The notes under the pieces: generated by a model
Seen by the model: the letters and a program-made list of their open reading frames with translations, nothing else
The model's database searches: none
What the model was told of the DNA's origin: nothing
Source: Candidatus Binataceae bacterium
GTDB taxonomy: Bacteria; Desulfobacterota; Binatia; Binatales; Binataceae
Length of the DNA: 64,000 nucleotides
Direction of reading: 5' to 3'
Assembly: GCA_035308025.1 (NCBI GenBank)
Contig: DATGHL010000045.1
Span: 56,014-120,013 of the forward strand
Made by a program: the position numbers and the translations under genes
Shown: positions 47,738 through 56,706 of the stretch, piece after piece
Position numbering within the stretch: the first letter of the stretch is position 1
Layout of the letters: every line of letters begins with the position of its first letter

Positions 47738-48511
47738 ATGGCAATCCGACTTCGGCAAATCTGTTTGGTTGCAGCGCAGCTTGCGCCAACGCTCACCGAC
47801 TTCAAGGAAATCTTCGGTCTTGAGGTTTGTTTTGTTGATCCGGCGGTCGCGGCGTTCGACCTCGAGAATTCGCTGATGGCGGTCGGCAGCAACTTCATCG
47901 AAGTAGTGGCGCCGATCAAGGAAAACACCGCCGCCGGCCGCTACCTCAAGCGGCGTAACGGCGATGGCGGCTACATGGTTATCTGCCAATGCGACTCGCA
48001 TGAAACTCAGGCCGCGCGGAAAGCCCGCGCCGCGGCGATGAATATTCGCGTCGCCTGGGAGCATGAGTCGTCGAGCTTCCACGCCATGCAACTCCATCCG
48101 GCGGACACCGGCGGAGCATTCTTCGAGATCGATTGGGATAAGCGCAACCAGCCCGAGGGGCACTGGGAGCCCGCAGGCGGCGACGGCTGGAGCGCGTCGC
48201 GAAACAAACCTTTGGTCAGCCACTATACCGCGGTTGAGTTACAGTCGGCCGACCCGCGCGGACTGGCCGAGCGCTGGAGCAGTATCGTCGAGACGCCTTT
48301 GCACGAGGACGCTCGCGGCCGCTTCGAGCTCCCATTCGATAACGCTAGCGTGCGTTTTGTCGAGGCGCGCGATGGCCGGGGCGAAGGGCTCAGCGGGATC
48401 GATATTGTGACAAGCGATCGCAAGCACGTGATCGCGGCGGCAGAGCGCCGCGGATATCGCACCGCGGACGATCAGGTGACTATCTGCGGCACGCGTTTTT
48501 ATCTGGCGTAA
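47738..48511 (+). CDS. VOC/glyoxalase-like domain protein
   Basis: I prefer ATG 47738 (MAIRLRQICLVAAQLAPTLTDFKEIFGL), 257 aa; FIEVVAPIKENTAAGRYLKRRNGDGGYMV. Confidence 0.55.
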   Translation: MAIRLRQICLVAAQLAPTLTDFKEIFGLEVCFVDPAVAAFDLENSLMAVGSNFIEVVAPIKENTAAGRYLKRRNGDGGYMVICQCDSHETQAARKARAAAMNIRVAWEHESSSFHAMQLHPADTGGAFFEIDWDKRNQPEGHWEPAGGDGWSASRNKPLVSHYTAVELQSADPRGLAERWSSIVETPLHEDARGRFELPFDNASVRFVEARDGRGEGLSGIDIVTSDRKHVIAAAERRGYRTADDQVTICGTRFYLA

Positions 48512-48536
48512 TACTCAGGAAAGCATTGGAAAACTG

Positions 48537-49640
48537 ATGAAAGCATTGATCGTAGGCGGCACCGGACCGACCGGTCCATTTCTGGCGCACGGACTGATCC
48601 AGCGGGGCTACAAGGTCACGATTTTCCATCGCGGCACGCACGAGATTCCGGAGATTCCGCCGGAGGTTAATCATCTGCACGGCGATCCGCATTTTCGCGA
48701 GACGATTGAGAGCGTGGTAGGAAATCGCACCTACGACGTGGTGATTGCGACGTACGGGCGGATTCGTTTCGTGGCGGAGGCTTTGGCAGGCAAGACCGCC
48801 TGCTTTATCGCGATCGGAGGGGTGCCGAGCTATCGCGGCTATTTCGAGCCGTCGGCGAATTTCCCCTCCGGCTTGCTGGTCGGCATGCCGGAAGACGCGC
48901 CGCTGGTCGCGAGCGAGCAGGAGCATCGTTTTTCGTGGCTGATCAAAAGCACCGAGGATGCGGTGCTGAAGGTTCATCCGAACGGCGTGGTCTATCGCTA
49001 CCCGTATGTGTATGGGCCGTATCAACTGATCCCGCGCGAATGGTGCATCATCCGGCGGATTCTCGACGGGCGGCGCGAGATTCTGATTCCGGACGGCGGG
49101 CTCTCGCTGATGACGCACGGCTACGCGGAAAATCTGGCGCACGCGGTGCTGCTGGCGGTCGATCAGCCGAAAGTGGCGGCTGGGCAGATCTATAATTGCG
49201 GCGACGAACAGCAGCTCTCGTTGCGGCAGGTGGTCGAGGTGATCGCACGCGAGCTGGGGCGCGAGCTCGAGGTGGTCAGTATTCCGGATTCGTTCGGGAC
49301 GTCGGCGCGTTCGATTTCGATCGGGGGCAGCGTGAACCATCGGGTGATGGATCTGTTCAAGATCAAGACGCAACTCGGCTATCGCGATCTGATTCCGGCG
49401 GTGCAGGCGATTGCGAAGACCTCGCAATGGTACGTCGCCAATCGGCCGGAGCGCGGCGGCGAGATCGAGCAGCGGCTGCAGGATCCATTCGATTACGCTG
49501 CGGAAGACAAGATCATCGCGATCCTGCGCGAAGCCGGGCGGCAAGCCGCGGCGGTCGCGACGCATACGATTGTGCCGACGCCCCATCCGTATCCCCATCC
49601 GAAAGAGCCGAACCTGGAACGCGATCATCGCAATCGCTGA
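48537..49640 (+). CDS. NAD-dependent epimerase/dehydratase (extended SDR)
   Basis: 367 aa; N-terminal MKALIVGGTGPTGPFLAHGLIQRGYKVTIFHRG. Confidence 0.7.
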   Translation: MKALIVGGTGPTGPFLAHGLIQRGYKVTIFHRGTHEIPEIPPEVNHLHGDPHFRETIESVVGNRTYDVVIATYGRIRFVAEALAGKTACFIAIGGVPSYRGYFEPSANFPSGLLVGMPEDAPLVASEQEHRFSWLIKSTEDAVLKVHPNGVVYRYPYVYGPYQLIPREWCIIRRILDGRREILIPDGGLSLMTHGYAENLAHAVLLAVDQPKVAAGQIYNCGDEQQLSLRQVVEVIARELGRELEVVSIPDSFGTSARSISIGGSVNHRVMDLFKIKTQLGYRDLIPAVQAIAKTSQWYVANRPERGGEIEQRLQDPFDYAAEDKIIAILREAGRQAAAVATHTIVPTPHPYPHPKEPNLERDHRNR

Positions 49641-49714
49641 GCGGCGGTCATCGGACGTTGGTCTTTGACAAGCAGTTGGTCACGAATCACAGCATCCGAG
49701 GGGAGGAAAGGAAG

Positions 49715-50263
49715 ATGGCCCAAGTCAGTCTGATCCCGTTTCCGCAGGTTGCTCCCGAACTTCAGGAGATCATGAGGACTTACGACAAGGAATATGCGGG
49801 TTCGGAATTTGTCCGTGCATTCGCGCATGCCCCAGAGGTCTTCAAGTCCTTCGCAAGCTACTACTTTCCGCTCATCTTCGAGACCCGCGGTAGTCTCGAT
49901 ATGCGGTTGACCGAGATGGTGCGGCTCAAGGTGGCGGAGAAGAACGACTGCGCGCTTTGAATGAACGGGCGTGTCGCCTTGGCAAGGCGACAAGGGCTGA
50001 CCGAAGAACAAATCGCGGAGTTGCGTAATTTTCGCGAGAGCAAGATTCTGACCGCGCCGGAGAAGGCCGCGGTCTGGTACGCGGAAGTGCTCGCTGGCGA
50101 TCACACACAGGCATCCGAAGCGTTATTTGATGAATTGCGCCGACATTTCACGGAGACCGAGATTATCGACCTGGGATTTCGCATCACCGCGTTCGTTGGG
50201 TATGGGCGCCTGATCCGCGCGCTCGGACTGGAACGGGGAGGAGTCTGCCCGCTGCCGGGTTGA
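49715..50263 (+). CDS. AhpD/carboxymuconolactone-decarboxylase-like selenoprotein (CxxU)
   Basis: ATG 49715 after GGGAGGAAAGGAAG. 81 codons lead to KVAEKNDCAL, then TGA 49958-49960. The tracked ORF 49961-50263 follows directly in the same frame (MNGRVALARRQGLTEEQIAELRNF...). The joined 182-residue product has the CMD-domain layout, with the TGA at the second Cys of CxxC. Confidence 0.75.
49973..49991 (+). promoter_or_regulatory. SECIS-like hairpin downstream of the AhpD-like UGA
   Basis: RNA GUCGCCUU-GGC-AAGGCGAC; a perfect 8-bp stem starting at +13 after UGA, with the loop at +21 to +23. Confidence 0.65.
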
Positions 50264-50342
50264 TCTTGCCGTCGCAGTCGGGTCGGTTGTGGTGCACCTC
50301 GACCTGCTTTGCTCGGCGGGCCCAGCGCTGTAGATTTCCGAC

Positions 50343-51764
50343 ATGAACGCGAGCGTAATCGGCGACTACGTTGATCGGCTGTGGCGCGAATCGATCGTGC
50401 CGGAACTCATCGAGTACGTCCGGATTCCGAACAAGTCGCCGGCCTTCGACAAGGAGTGGCGCGAGCACGGCTACATGGATCAGGTGGTTGCGCGCTTTGA
50501 GGCGTGGGCGCGCGCGCAGCCGATCCGGCAGATGAAGTTCGAGATCGTGCGGACCGAGAAGCGCACGCCGCTGATTCTGATCGATATTGCGGGGGACGCG
50601 GCGGCGGACCCGGGCGACAGCGTGCTGCTGTATGGCCATCTGGACAAGCAGCCGGAGATGACCGGGTGGCGCGACGGCCTGGGGCCGTGGCAGCCGGCGC
50701 TCGAAGGCGATCGGCTCTACGGACGCGGCGCAGCGGATGACGGCTACGCGATGTTCGCCTGCCTGGGCGCGATCGGCGCGCTGCAGGCCGCGGCGATGCC
50801 TCATGCGCGTTGCGTGGTGATTATCGAAGCCTGCGAGGAGAGTGGGAGCTTCGACCTGCCGCATTATATCGGGGAGCTTGGCGAGCGGATCGGCCGGCCG
50901 AGTTTGGTCGTCGGGCTCGATTCGGGCTGCGGGAATTACGATCAGCTCTGGAGCACGACGTCGCTGCGCGGGCTGGCTGGCGGGACGCTCAAGGTCGAAG
51001 TGCTGACCGAAGGGATTCACTCAGGGGCGAGCGGGATCGTGCCCGACAGCTTCCGCATCGCGCGCCAGTTGCTCAACCGAATCGAGGATGAAAAGACCGG
51101 CCGCATACTGGTTGAGGAATATCACGTCGCGATTCCGCCGGCGCGGATCAAGGAAGCGGAGACGGCGGCGGTGATTCTCAAGGACTCGATCCGCGCGGAG
51201 TTTCCGTTCGTCGACGGGGCGCGGCCGGCGTCGGAGGACATCGCGGAGTTAATCCTGAATCGCGACTGGCGGCCGGCGCTGTCGATTATCGGCGCCGACG
51301 GGATTCCGCAGATCGGCAACGCGGGCAATGTTTTGCGGCCGTCGACGACGCTTCAGCTATCGCTGCGGATTCCGCCCGGATGCGACCCCAAGCAGGCGAA
51401 CCGCAGTATGAAAGAGACCCTCGAAAAGGATCCGCCTTACGGCGCGAAGGTGAGTTTCAGCAGTAACTGGGGCGCCAGCGGATGGAATGCGCCGGCGCTC
51501 GCGCCGTGGCTGGAGAAGTCGCTCGAGGCGGGTTCACAGCGCTGGTTCGGCCGGCCGGCGGCCTACATGGGACTCGGTGGAACGATCCCATTCATGAGCA
51601 TGTTGGGCGAAAAATTTCCCGAAGCGCAATTCCTGATCAGCGGCGTGCTCGGGCCGCACTCGAACGCGCACGGTCCCAACGAATTTCTGCACGTGCCCTA
51701 TGCCCGCAAGCTGACCTGTTGCGTCGCCGAAGTGATCGCAGATCATTTCCGCCGAGCGCCCTGA
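50343..51764 (+). CDS. M20-family metallopeptidase (dipeptidase/ArgE-DapE-like)
   Basis: 473 aa; LLYGHLDKQPEM, LYGRGAADDGYA and IEACEESGS. Confidence 0.75.
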   Translation: MNASVIGDYVDRLWRESIVPELIEYVRIPNKSPAFDKEWREHGYMDQVVARFEAWARAQPIRQMKFEIVRTEKRTPLILIDIAGDAAADPGDSVLLYGHLDKQPEMTGWRDGLGPWQPALEGDRLYGRGAADDGYAMFACLGAIGALQAAAMPHARCVVIIEACEESGSFDLPHYIGELGERIGRPSLVVGLDSGCGNYDQLWSTTSLRGLAGGTLKVEVLTEGIHSGASGIVPDSFRIARQLLNRIEDEKTGRILVEEYHVAIPPARIKEAETAAVILKDSIRAEFPFVDGARPASEDIAELILNRDWRPALSIIGADGIPQIGNAGNVLRPSTTLQLSLRIPPGCDPKQANRSMKETLEKDPPYGAKVSFSSNWGASGWNAPALAPWLEKSLEAGSQRWFGRPAAYMGLGGTIPFMSMLGEKFPEAQFLISGVLGPHSNAHGPNEFLHVPYARKLTCCVAEVIADHFRRAP

Positions 51765-51833
51765 CCGCGCAAGCTGTACGGATAAGCGCCACTGTGGTTA
51801 GATCAGGCGAGAATTCAACGCACAGGATGCGAG

Positions 51834-52967
51834 GTGAACGTCTTGGACTATAACGTCATCGACGCCGACGGCCATATCTGCGAACCCCCCGATTTGTGGG
51901 AGCGCTATATCGAACCCAAGTATCGCGAAGGCTGCCCTAAGCTGATCACGCTGGCGGACGGCGAGGAGATCCTGCGGATTGAAGGCGATTACGCGATCTC
52001 GCTGAGCCGCGGCAAGCAGAAGGTAAGCTTCGGCGCGACCGGCGCCATCGGTGCGCGCGAGGGCAAGGTCAACCCGCGAATCCCGTACATCGAAGGGCGC
52101 AAGGGCGGCTTCGATCCGCACGCGCGCATCCCCGACATGGACGCGGAGGGGATCGATGCGGCGTTTCTCTACCCGAGCCTCGGGCTGTTCATGGGCGCGA
52201 CGAAAGATCCGGAATTCTCGGCGGCGGTCTGCCGCGCCTACAATCGCTGGCTCGCGGACTACTGCAAACCCTATCCGGAGCGGCTGTTCGGTGCGGCGAT
52301 GTTGCCGATGCAATCGGTCGAGGGCGCCGTCCAGGAGATGCGTTTCGCCGCAAAGGAACTGGGGTTCCGCGCCGGCTTCATCCGCCCGAATCCTTACAAC
52401 GGCCGTGTGCTGCACGACCCCGAATACGATCCGCTATGGAACGAGGCGCAAGAGCTGGGTTTCTCGATTGGTATCCACGGCGGCTCTGAGAGCGGCCAAC
52501 CGACGCTCGCGATGGATCGTTTCACGCGCGGCGGGGCCGTGCGCCACGTCGTCGCGCACACCTTCGAGATGATTGCGGCGGCGACCAGCCTGATCATGTG
52601 CGGCGTCTGCGATCGGTTTCCTAAAGTGAAGTTCGCTTTCCTGGAATCGGGCGGCGGCTGGATGGCGGGATGGCTCGATCGGATGGACCGGCACTACGAC
52701 GACGTCGGCATGAACGACACGCATCTCTCGATGCGGCCGAGTGAATTGTTCCGCCGCCAATGCTTTATCTCGTTCGAGCCAGTCGAGGGCTCGCTCAAGC
52801 ATCTGGCCGAGTATATCGGCTCGGAGAATATCCTGTGGGCGACCGATTATCCGCATCTTGACGGCTTCACCGATGCGCCCGGGATGATCAAGCGGATGGG
52901 GCTGGCGCCGGCGACCTTGCATAACGTCCTCGCGGTCGGGGCCAAGCGGTACTATAACCTGCAGTAG
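51834..52967 (+). CDS. amidohydrolase_2 (ACMSD-like), paralogue 1
   Basis: 377 aa. TTG 51843, after GAGGTG, would give MDYNVIDADGHI, matching paralogue 2. VIDADGHICEPPDLWERY; C-terminal WATDYPHLDG. Confidence 0.8.
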   Translation: MNVLDYNVIDADGHICEPPDLWERYIEPKYREGCPKLITLADGEEILRIEGDYAISLSRGKQKVSFGATGAIGAREGKVNPRIPYIEGRKGGFDPHARIPDMDAEGIDAAFLYPSLGLFMGATKDPEFSAAVCRAYNRWLADYCKPYPERLFGAAMLPMQSVEGAVQEMRFAAKELGFRAGFIRPNPYNGRVLHDPEYDPLWNEAQELGFSIGIHGGSESGQPTLAMDRFTRGGAVRHVVAHTFEMIAAATSLIMCGVCDRFPKVKFAFLESGGGWMAGWLDRMDRHYDDVGMNDTHLSMRPSELFRRQCFISFEPVEGSLKHLAEYIGSENILWATDYPHLDGFTDAPGMIKRMGLAPATLHNVLAVGAKRYYNLQ

Positions 52968-53007
52968 CTGGCGTCCTACATAATGTAGACAGAGGCGAGG
53001 AAGCAGA

Positions 53008-54138
53008 ATGGATTACAAAGTTATCGACGCCGACGGCCACATCCTGGAGCCGCCGGATTTGTGGGAACAGTATATCGAGCCCAAGTTCCGCGACGTCTGC
53101 CCCAAAGTGCTGATGAGCGACGACGGCGGTGAGCTGCTGCGGATCGAAGGCGATCGCGCGATCGACCTCGGGCGCGGGAAGCGCACGGTCAAGCTCGGCG
53201 CGCTGGGTAACTTCGGCGCGCGCGCCGGCGGCACGATGAACTCGAAGCTGATGCCTTATCTTGAGGGCAAGCGCGGCGGTTTCGATCCGCACGCGCGGAT
53301 TCCGGACATGGACGCCGAGGGGATCGACGCGGCGTTTCTCTACCCGAGCCTCGGGCTGTTCATGGGCGCGACCCAGGAGCCGGAGTTTTCCGCGGCGGTC
53401 TGCCGCGCCTACAACCGCTGGCTCGCGGACTACTGCAAGGCCTATCCGGAGCGGTTGTTCGGCGCGGCGATGATTCCGATGCAATCGATCGAGCACGCGG
53501 TGCAGGAGCTGCAATTCGCGGTCAAAGAGCTGAACTTTCGCGCGGGCTTTATCCGGCCGAATCCCTACAATGGCCGCACCCTGCACGATCGTGATTATGA
53601 TCCGTTGTGGCAGGCGGCGCAGGAGGCCGATTTCTCGATCGGCATCCACAGCGGCTCGGAGAGCGGCCAGCCGACCATCGGGTTCGATCGGTTCACGCGC
53701 GGCTTCGCCGTGCGCCACCTGGTTGCGCATACGATGGAGATGATGGCGGCAGCCGCGAGCCTGATCATGTGCGGCGTCTGCGATCGTTTCCCTGGGCTGA
53801 GGATCGCGTTTCTCGAATCGGGCGGCGGTTGGATCGCCGGATGGCTCGATCGCATGGACCGCCATTTCGACGATATCGGGATGAACGACACCGGACTATC
53901 GATGCGGCCCAGCGAACTGTTCCGCCGGCAGTGCTTCATCTCATTCGAGCCGGTCGAAGGCTCTCTCAAGCATCTGGCCGAGTACATCGGTTCGGACAAT
54001 ATCTTGTGGGCGACGGACTATCCGCACGCCGACGGCTTCCCCGACGCGCCCAACATGATCAAGCGGATGGGGCTCAAGCCCGAGACGCTCGCGAACGTGC
54101 TGGGTGGCGGCGCGAAGCGCTACTACAACTTGCACTGA
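53008..54138 (+). CDS. amidohydrolase_2 (ACMSD-like), paralogue 2 (tandem duplicate)
   Basis: 376 aa. Long stretches are identical to the upstream gene: HARIPDMDAEGIDAAFLYPSLGLFMGAT, EFSAAVCRAYNRWLADYCK, SMRPSELFRRQCFISFEPVEGSLKHLAEYIGS. Confidence 0.8.
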   Translation: MDYKVIDADGHILEPPDLWEQYIEPKFRDVCPKVLMSDDGGELLRIEGDRAIDLGRGKRTVKLGALGNFGARAGGTMNSKLMPYLEGKRGGFDPHARIPDMDAEGIDAAFLYPSLGLFMGATQEPEFSAAVCRAYNRWLADYCKAYPERLFGAAMIPMQSIEHAVQELQFAVKELNFRAGFIRPNPYNGRTLHDRDYDPLWQAAQEADFSIGIHSGSESGQPTIGFDRFTRGFAVRHLVAHTMEMMAAAASLIMCGVCDRFPGLRIAFLESGGGWIAGWLDRMDRHFDDIGMNDTGLSMRPSELFRRQCFISFEPVEGSLKHLAEYIGSDNILWATDYPHADGFPDAPNMIKRMGLKPETLANVLGGGAKRYYNLH

Positions 54139-54215
54139 CCGCAGGGAATGGCGCATCAGGCGGACAGTCTCACGAGGGCTGCCCGTTTTTGCTTCGAGAG
54201 AGCTTGGGATCCGGG

Positions 54216-54310
54216 GTCCTTATCTTGGCCGCGCCTCGCGGATTCGGCCACCCACTGAGGCGCGGCTAAAATAAGAGATGCTCCACGCGGGGCGGACTTC
54301 GCAGTTCGCC
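54216..54310 (+). repeat. degenerate copy (G) of the dispersed repeat
   Basis: GTCCTTATCTTGGCCGCGCCTCGCGGATTCGG parallels AGTCTTTATCTTGGCCGCGCGTCGCAGACTCCG at 58846. CGCGGGGCGGACTTCGCAGTTCGCC parallels the GGGGCGGAGTCTGCGACGCG module. Confidence 0.45.
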
Positions 54311-54407
54311 CGGCGGTTTTTTGTGCACCTGACATAGCGCCGCTTGACATCGGCGTCGCGACGCGGAATGAAGGTCCATCACTGCGCAAGCAGCATGGAG
54401 TATCCCG

Positions 54408-55481
54408 ATGGAATTTGCGCTTTCTTATCCGGCTCGCCCGGACGCCTGGAAGGACCTCGTAGTCGCCGAGGATCACGGCTTCACGCAATGCTGGTTCTAC
54501 GATTCGCAGATGATCTACAGCGACGTGTACGTCTGCATGGCGCTGGCGGCCGAGCGCACGAAACGGATCAAACTCGCGACCGGCGTGGCGATTCCGTCGA
54601 ACCGGATCGAGCCGGTGACAGCGCATTCGATCGCGACCATCAATCTGCTGGCGCCGGGCCGCACGGTGCTCGGGATCGGCAGCGGCTTCACCGGGCGCAA
54701 TACGATGGGGTTGCCGCCGGTGCGGCTCGAACGGATTCGCGAGTACGTCGCGATGGTGCGCAAGCTGCTGCGCGGCGAAGAGGTGATCTATCACGAGGGC
54801 AAGCGCGAGCAGCCGATTCGGTTCCTCCATCAGGACCACGGCTATATCAATCTGAAGGATCCGATTCCGATTCATCTCGCTGCGGACGGGCCGAAGGCGC
54901 TCGAGTTGACCGGTGAGATCGCAGACGGCTGGTTGACCGTGCTGTCGGATGCGGAGCGCTTCAAACAAAAATATGAGTCAGTCAAGCGCGGAGCGCAGCG
55001 CGCGGGCCGTTCATTCGATCATCTGCCAAACGCGATTTTGACTTCGGGCTGCGTGCTGCGCGACGGGGAAAAGGCCGATTCGCCGCGCGTGGTGGAGCGG
55101 ATGGGGCCGTTCGCGATGGTCTTTCTGCATGCGCTGTGGGAGGCGTCGGCGGTCGCGAGCGGCCTGCAGGGGCCGCTGCTCAAGCTCTGGGAGCGCTATC
55201 GCGATGAGCATATTCCGACGATGAAGACGCCGGCGTCCAAGCGCTACCTCGAAATGCACGAGGGCCATCTCATCTATATGCGGCCCGGCGAGGAAAAATT
55301 CGCCAATGCGGATTTGCTCGGGACGATGACGCTGACGGGACGCGGCGAGGAGCTGCGGGCGAGGGTCAAGGCGCTCGAAGCGGCGGGCGTCAAGCAGATC
55401 GCGATCCAGGTGGTGCCGCCCTTCGGACGCGAGATGATCGAGGATTTCAGCCGCGAAGTGATCGCCAAGTACCGCGCGTGA
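54408..55481 (+). CDS. LLM-class F420-dependent oxidoreductase
   Basis: 357 aa; AEDHGFTQCWFYDSQ, ATINLLAPGRTVLGIGSGF and LAADGPKALELTGEIADGW. Confidence 0.75.
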   Translation: MEFALSYPARPDAWKDLVVAEDHGFTQCWFYDSQMIYSDVYVCMALAAERTKRIKLATGVAIPSNRIEPVTAHSIATINLLAPGRTVLGIGSGFTGRNTMGLPPVRLERIREYVAMVRKLLRGEEVIYHEGKREQPIRFLHQDHGYINLKDPIPIHLAADGPKALELTGEIADGWLTVLSDAERFKQKYESVKRGAQRAGRSFDHLPNAILTSGCVLRDGEKADSPRVVERMGPFAMVFLHALWEASAVASGLQGPLLKLWERYRDEHIPTMKTPASKRYLEMHEGHLIYMRPGEEKFANADLLGTMTLTGRGEELRARVKALEAAGVKQIAIQVVPPFGREMIEDFSREVIAKYRA

Positions 55482-56662
55482 GCAGGCCGCTCGAAGGACT
55501 GCGGGTTATCGAGGTTGCGCAGATTTACGCGGGGCCCTACTGCGGCCTCCAGCTTGCGCATTTCGGCGCCGAGGTGATCAAGATCGAGCCGCCGGGCGAG
55601 GGCGAATTTCTGCGGATGCGTCCGCCGAATGCGCACGGCGCCAACGCGGGTTTCCTGATGCTCAACCCGGGTAAGAAGTCGGTGACGCTGAATCTCAAAG
55701 CGCCGCGCGGACGCGAACTGCTGCTCCGTCTGCTCGCCGGCGCGGATGTGCTCGTCGAGAACTACGCGGCAGGCGTCCTTGAGCGGCTGGGCTTCAGCTA
55801 CGACGATCTGGCGGCGCGGTTTCCGCGGCTGATCTATGCGTCGTGCAAGGGCTACGGCGCCGACAGCCGCTGGGCGAACCTTGGTGCGATGGACTTCACC
55901 GTGCAGGCAGCGTCGGGGATCATCGATATGACCGGATACGCCGATCGGCCGGGCGTCCGCGCGACGGCGGCGCTGATCGATACCAGCGCGGGGATGCATC
56001 TGGTGGCCGGCATCATGGCCGCGCTGATTGAGCGCGGACGCAGCAGCCGCGGCCGCAAGGTCGAAGTCGCGATGCTCGATGTCTGCGTACCGGCGGTCAA
56101 CGGCATGATCGCCAGCGCGCTCGATGGGAATCCGCTGCCGCGCCTGGCGAATCGGCATCCGAGCGCGTGCCCGTCGAATACCTACGCGGCCGCGGACGGC
56201 GAAATCCTGATCTACTGCCTGACCGAAGATCATTGGCGGCGCTTTGCCCGCCTGATGGACCGCGCGGATCTGCTCGATGAACCGCGCTACTGTGACCACC
56301 AGGGGCGCTACCAGATTATCGACGAAGTCGATGAGCTCGTCGGCGCCTGGGTGGCGCCGCGCAAACGTGACGAGCTGGTCGATCTTCTGATCGAGCACGG
56401 TATCCCGTGCGCGCCGGTCCGGACGATCACCGAGGTCGCGACCGATGAAGAACTCAAGTTGCGCGGTCTTTTGCGCATCGGCGAGTTTGCCGGTCACGGC
56501 GAAGTCAATGTGCTCGGGTCGGCGATCAAGCTGTCGGGTGAGGCCGGGGCAAGCGACAAACTGAGAGTGCCGGCGCTCGGCGAAGATACCGACGACATTC
56601 TGACGGAGCTGGGAGTGGCGCGGGTGGAGATCCTCGAACTGCGGCGGGACGGCGTGATTTGA
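55478..56662 (+). CDS. family III CoA-transferase (CaiB/BaiF)
   Basis: 394 aa; GTGA overlap with the upstream gene. LEGLRVIEVAQIYAGPYCGLQLAHFGAEVIKIEPP; VENYAAGVLERLGFSYDDL. Confidence 0.85.
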   Translation: MSRPLEGLRVIEVAQIYAGPYCGLQLAHFGAEVIKIEPPGEGEFLRMRPPNAHGANAGFLMLNPGKKSVTLNLKAPRGRELLLRLLAGADVLVENYAAGVLERLGFSYDDLAARFPRLIYASCKGYGADSRWANLGAMDFTVQAASGIIDMTGYADRPGVRATAALIDTSAGMHLVAGIMAALIERGRSSRGRKVEVAMLDVCVPAVNGMIASALDGNPLPRLANRHPSACPSNTYAAADGEILIYCLTEDHWRRFARLMDRADLLDEPRYCDHQGRYQIIDEVDELVGAWVAPRKRDELVDLLIEHGIPCAPVRTITEVATDEELKLRGLLRIGEFAGHGEVNVLGSAIKLSGEAGASDKLRVPALGEDTDDILTELGVARVEILELRRDGVI

Positions 56663-56706
56663 AACGCTGCGCCGGCGCGGCGCAAGGCGGATTCGGGAGG
56701 CCCAAG

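Noticed and set aside
25874-49960. TGA as a generally reassigned sense codon (code 4/25-like) or simple nonsense mutations, as the explanation for the three interrupted genes.
   Set aside because: TGA terminates many ordinary genes here, for example at 2666, 20820, 28121 and 56662. All three internal TGAs sit at redox Cys-type positions and are followed by the same hairpin, which nonsense mutations would not explain.
13603-50263. N-terminal extensions in the ORF track (13603-14877, 15547-16365, 19510-20820, 20634-21260, 22642-24078, 31039-32070, 32210-33418, 34626-35261, 47630-48511, 49196-49960, 56659-57390, 58908-60428, 63077-63571).
   Set aside because: The longest-ORF starts overlap upstream genes or lack an RBS. 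Internal ATG/GTG/TTG codons with Shine-Dalgarno-like GGAG/GGGAGG motifs give family-typical N-termini.
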